From positions 4,521-68,520 of the forward strand of contig ADNK01000546.1 of the NCBI GenBank assembly GCA_000320545.1: a DNA stretch of 64,000 bases, written 5' to 3'. This DNA comes from Bigelowiella natans CCMP2755 (lineage: Eukaryota > Protista > Cercozoa). Below are positions 61,901 to 64,000 of the stretch, one piece after another. The stretch's first letter is position 1. Every line of letters begins with the position of its first letter. Both the position numbers and the translations under genes were made by a program. The notes beneath the pieces were generated by a model, which saw only the letters and a list, made by a program, of their open reading frames with translations, was not told where the DNA came from and made no database searches.

Positions 61901-63185
61901 ATTGTTATCAACCACGTGCATCTAGATTGAGTGGTACAACATTCTCTGAATTGAACTTGTTACAAATGCGCACGTCACACATCACACGTGCATTGTCTAG
62001 GTTATGGTCTTGATGATTATAGACACAGTGTTGAATATTAGTTGTTCATTACGTTGCGATGATCTAGGCATGCACACAATCAAATGCAAATATTGGCAGC
62101 ACAGTCGAACTTGCAAAGTCAAATCTTGTTGAAATCACCGCGTGTACCTATTTAAATCTAAGCATTATCAGCCTTCGCTTAATTAAATGATGAAAAATAG
62201 TGCACAACATGTAGAGGGACTTTCAAATGATGTTGAAAACATAAAGGTACATGCGGATGCAACTAACAATAGAAAATCGAATCATCCCAAGTCTTGCACC
62301 CTGGAACCGCTATAAGCACGTGCAACTGTCACTGCACGTCACAGCAAATCTAAGTCACAAATGGTTCTGAATTTTTTAGCGCAGCATCTTGCTGCATGCC
62401 ATAATGCCACATCGCATGTTGCATCAATGCCTCCTGCTAATAAACAACAAAGGTCTCATGACAGCCTGTCGTGCGTTCCCGCCCTGCACTGCTTACAGTG
62501 CGCATTGCAGGCAATGCTGCGACGTGCATGCGCCGCGCCGCGCGATTGCAATACACACATGCTGTGCTAGAACAACTTGTACAAGGATTTATTTGCTGCA
62601 CGTATGCAGTAGAGTCATGAAAGAAAAAGCACATGTGTACGTATTGAAGTAAGCACACATGAACACAGTTGTGCACATGCATTGCACGCGCATGTACACA
62701 GGTCTCTAGCTTAGCACGTGCCAGCGAATAATTCAAAAATGGCACGACGACATAAATAAGCTGAGGTCATCATGCGGCCTAGCAGCTAGGTATCATGCAG
62801 ACACTCGCATTATAATAGACACAGCAATACACTATATATATTATATATATTGTGTATTGCATGTCTATCATAAGTATACCTTGAAATTTCATGGACTGCC
62901 TTGTGTGTTGCACGCTCAACAACATCAATCCATTCATCTCAATTTGGGATCATCGATGTGCACAAAGCTAGGCTCTTCATTACACATGCACAAACAACAA
63001 GCTTCTTGCATGCATGAGCTGTGCACAACAATGTCATTCGTCCCATCGTGTAATTACACCGCCCGCTAAACATGTGCACTTAATCAAGTCGTGCATAACC
63101 CTGCGCGTGCATTGTGCAAATCCATTGACGTGATTGATCATGCTTCAAGTAACTCTTGATATCCTTGATGCATGTGACATGCACT

Positions 63186-63758
63186 CTACTTGGACAGATA
63201 CGGTCCATATTTGTCAGGGTATCGTTTAACACGCTTACTTCTTCTTCTTGTATTGACCTCTTTGACTTCGAATAAACGTGAGATCGTGCGAGTACAATTA
63301 CTGCGACGTTTTCTCCTTTCTCTCTTAACTTTTGTGTGCACGATGCTCCTTGTATCTGGTGAACTCACTGAACCCACTACATTATCTGCCTCTTCAATGA
63401 CATTTAACAAAAGCGATTCAGCCATTCTCACCCCCCTTTCAATGTTGTGAATGTGAAGAAGGAGAGCTTTAACTCCATTCTGTGTCGGTAACCCCTTTGC
63501 TTGATCAATGAAATCCCACAAATGCGACTCGGCTAATGCCGCCTCTCCCTTGATGACACGGAGAAGAACAACTTTGAGTCTCTTCAGTTTCTCCAAAAGT
63601 GGCGATTTGGCATCCCTTTGATTTGCTTCCATGTTGTTATGTCCTCGTCTCCTAATAGGGGGGGGGTTGAGTTGTGTTGCTTCCTCATCATTAGCTGTTG
63701 TGGAATTTTGGATATTGCCTGCTGCATGTGACGCGCTATACTTTTTGCACAGTGTCAC
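63186..63758 (-). CDS. Hypothetical helical/basic protein, possibly mobile-element derived
   Basis: 190-aa ORF with ordinary composition between two TpA-depleted islands; ends RRSKRVKRYPDKY. Confidence 0.4.
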   Translation of the reverse strand: MTLCKKYSASHAAGNIQNSTTANDEEATQLNPPPIRRRGHNNMEANQRDAKSPLLEKLKRLKVVLLRVIKGEAALAESHLWDFIDQAKGLPTQNGVKALLLHIHNIERGVRMAESLLLNVIEEADNVVGSVSSPDTRSIVHTKVKRERRKRRSNCTRTISRLFEVKEVNTRRRSKRVKRYPDKYGPYLSK

Positions 63759-64000
63759 GTCTCATCTTCCATTACTCGCAAGTTGTTGCAAATTAACCAG
63801 ATACATGCGGCATCGAAATGATGCTGCATGGCGGATGTGCTGTCTAGCTGCATGCGCTGTGTAGCTAGACAGCAGATTCAGGGTACGCACACTGTGACTA
63901 GATGCATGCATACATACAGTCAACCGCCAACATGATTTATGATTCAGATGATGATTATGCGTGGCATCTGGACATTTAGACATGTCTTATGTCTATTATT

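Noticed and set aside
1-64000. tRNA, rRNA or snRNA genes
   Set aside because: None recognised by eye; the only tRNA-like sequence is the retrotransposon PBS. A covariance-model scan was not possible.

Overview
Intron-rich eukaryotic nuclear DNA, probably a marine protist. A chlorarachniophyte-like origin is inferred from a bipartite-looking presequence on eIF4E and from intron style; it is not proven. Genes were spliced by hand, so some exon limits are approximate. In order: GNAT-domain protein (-), iodotyrosine deiodinase (+), eIF4E with a signal/transit-like leader (-), ribonucleotide reductase R2 fused in frame to an N-terminal WCAPC redoxin (+), a hypothetical gene (+), an SH3-cyclin Y fusion (-), a small 2-TM protein (+), an Iks1-like kinase (-), a kinesin-4 with partial p25alpha repeats (-), a young Ty3/gypsy LTR retrotransposon (-), a tandem-PC4 protein (-), a Cys-rich type I membrane protein (+), an aldehyde dehydrogenase (-) and an intronless LRR multi-TM receptor-like gene (+). 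Three things stand out: (1) the redoxin-R2 fusion; (2) a Dam-like adenine methyltransferase-fold domain on the retrotransposon integrase, plus a third LTR and an 85-bp element fragment captured nearby; (3) intergenic islands where TpA survives almost only in CTA/TAG, suggesting a reverse-RIP A-to-G hypermutation process.
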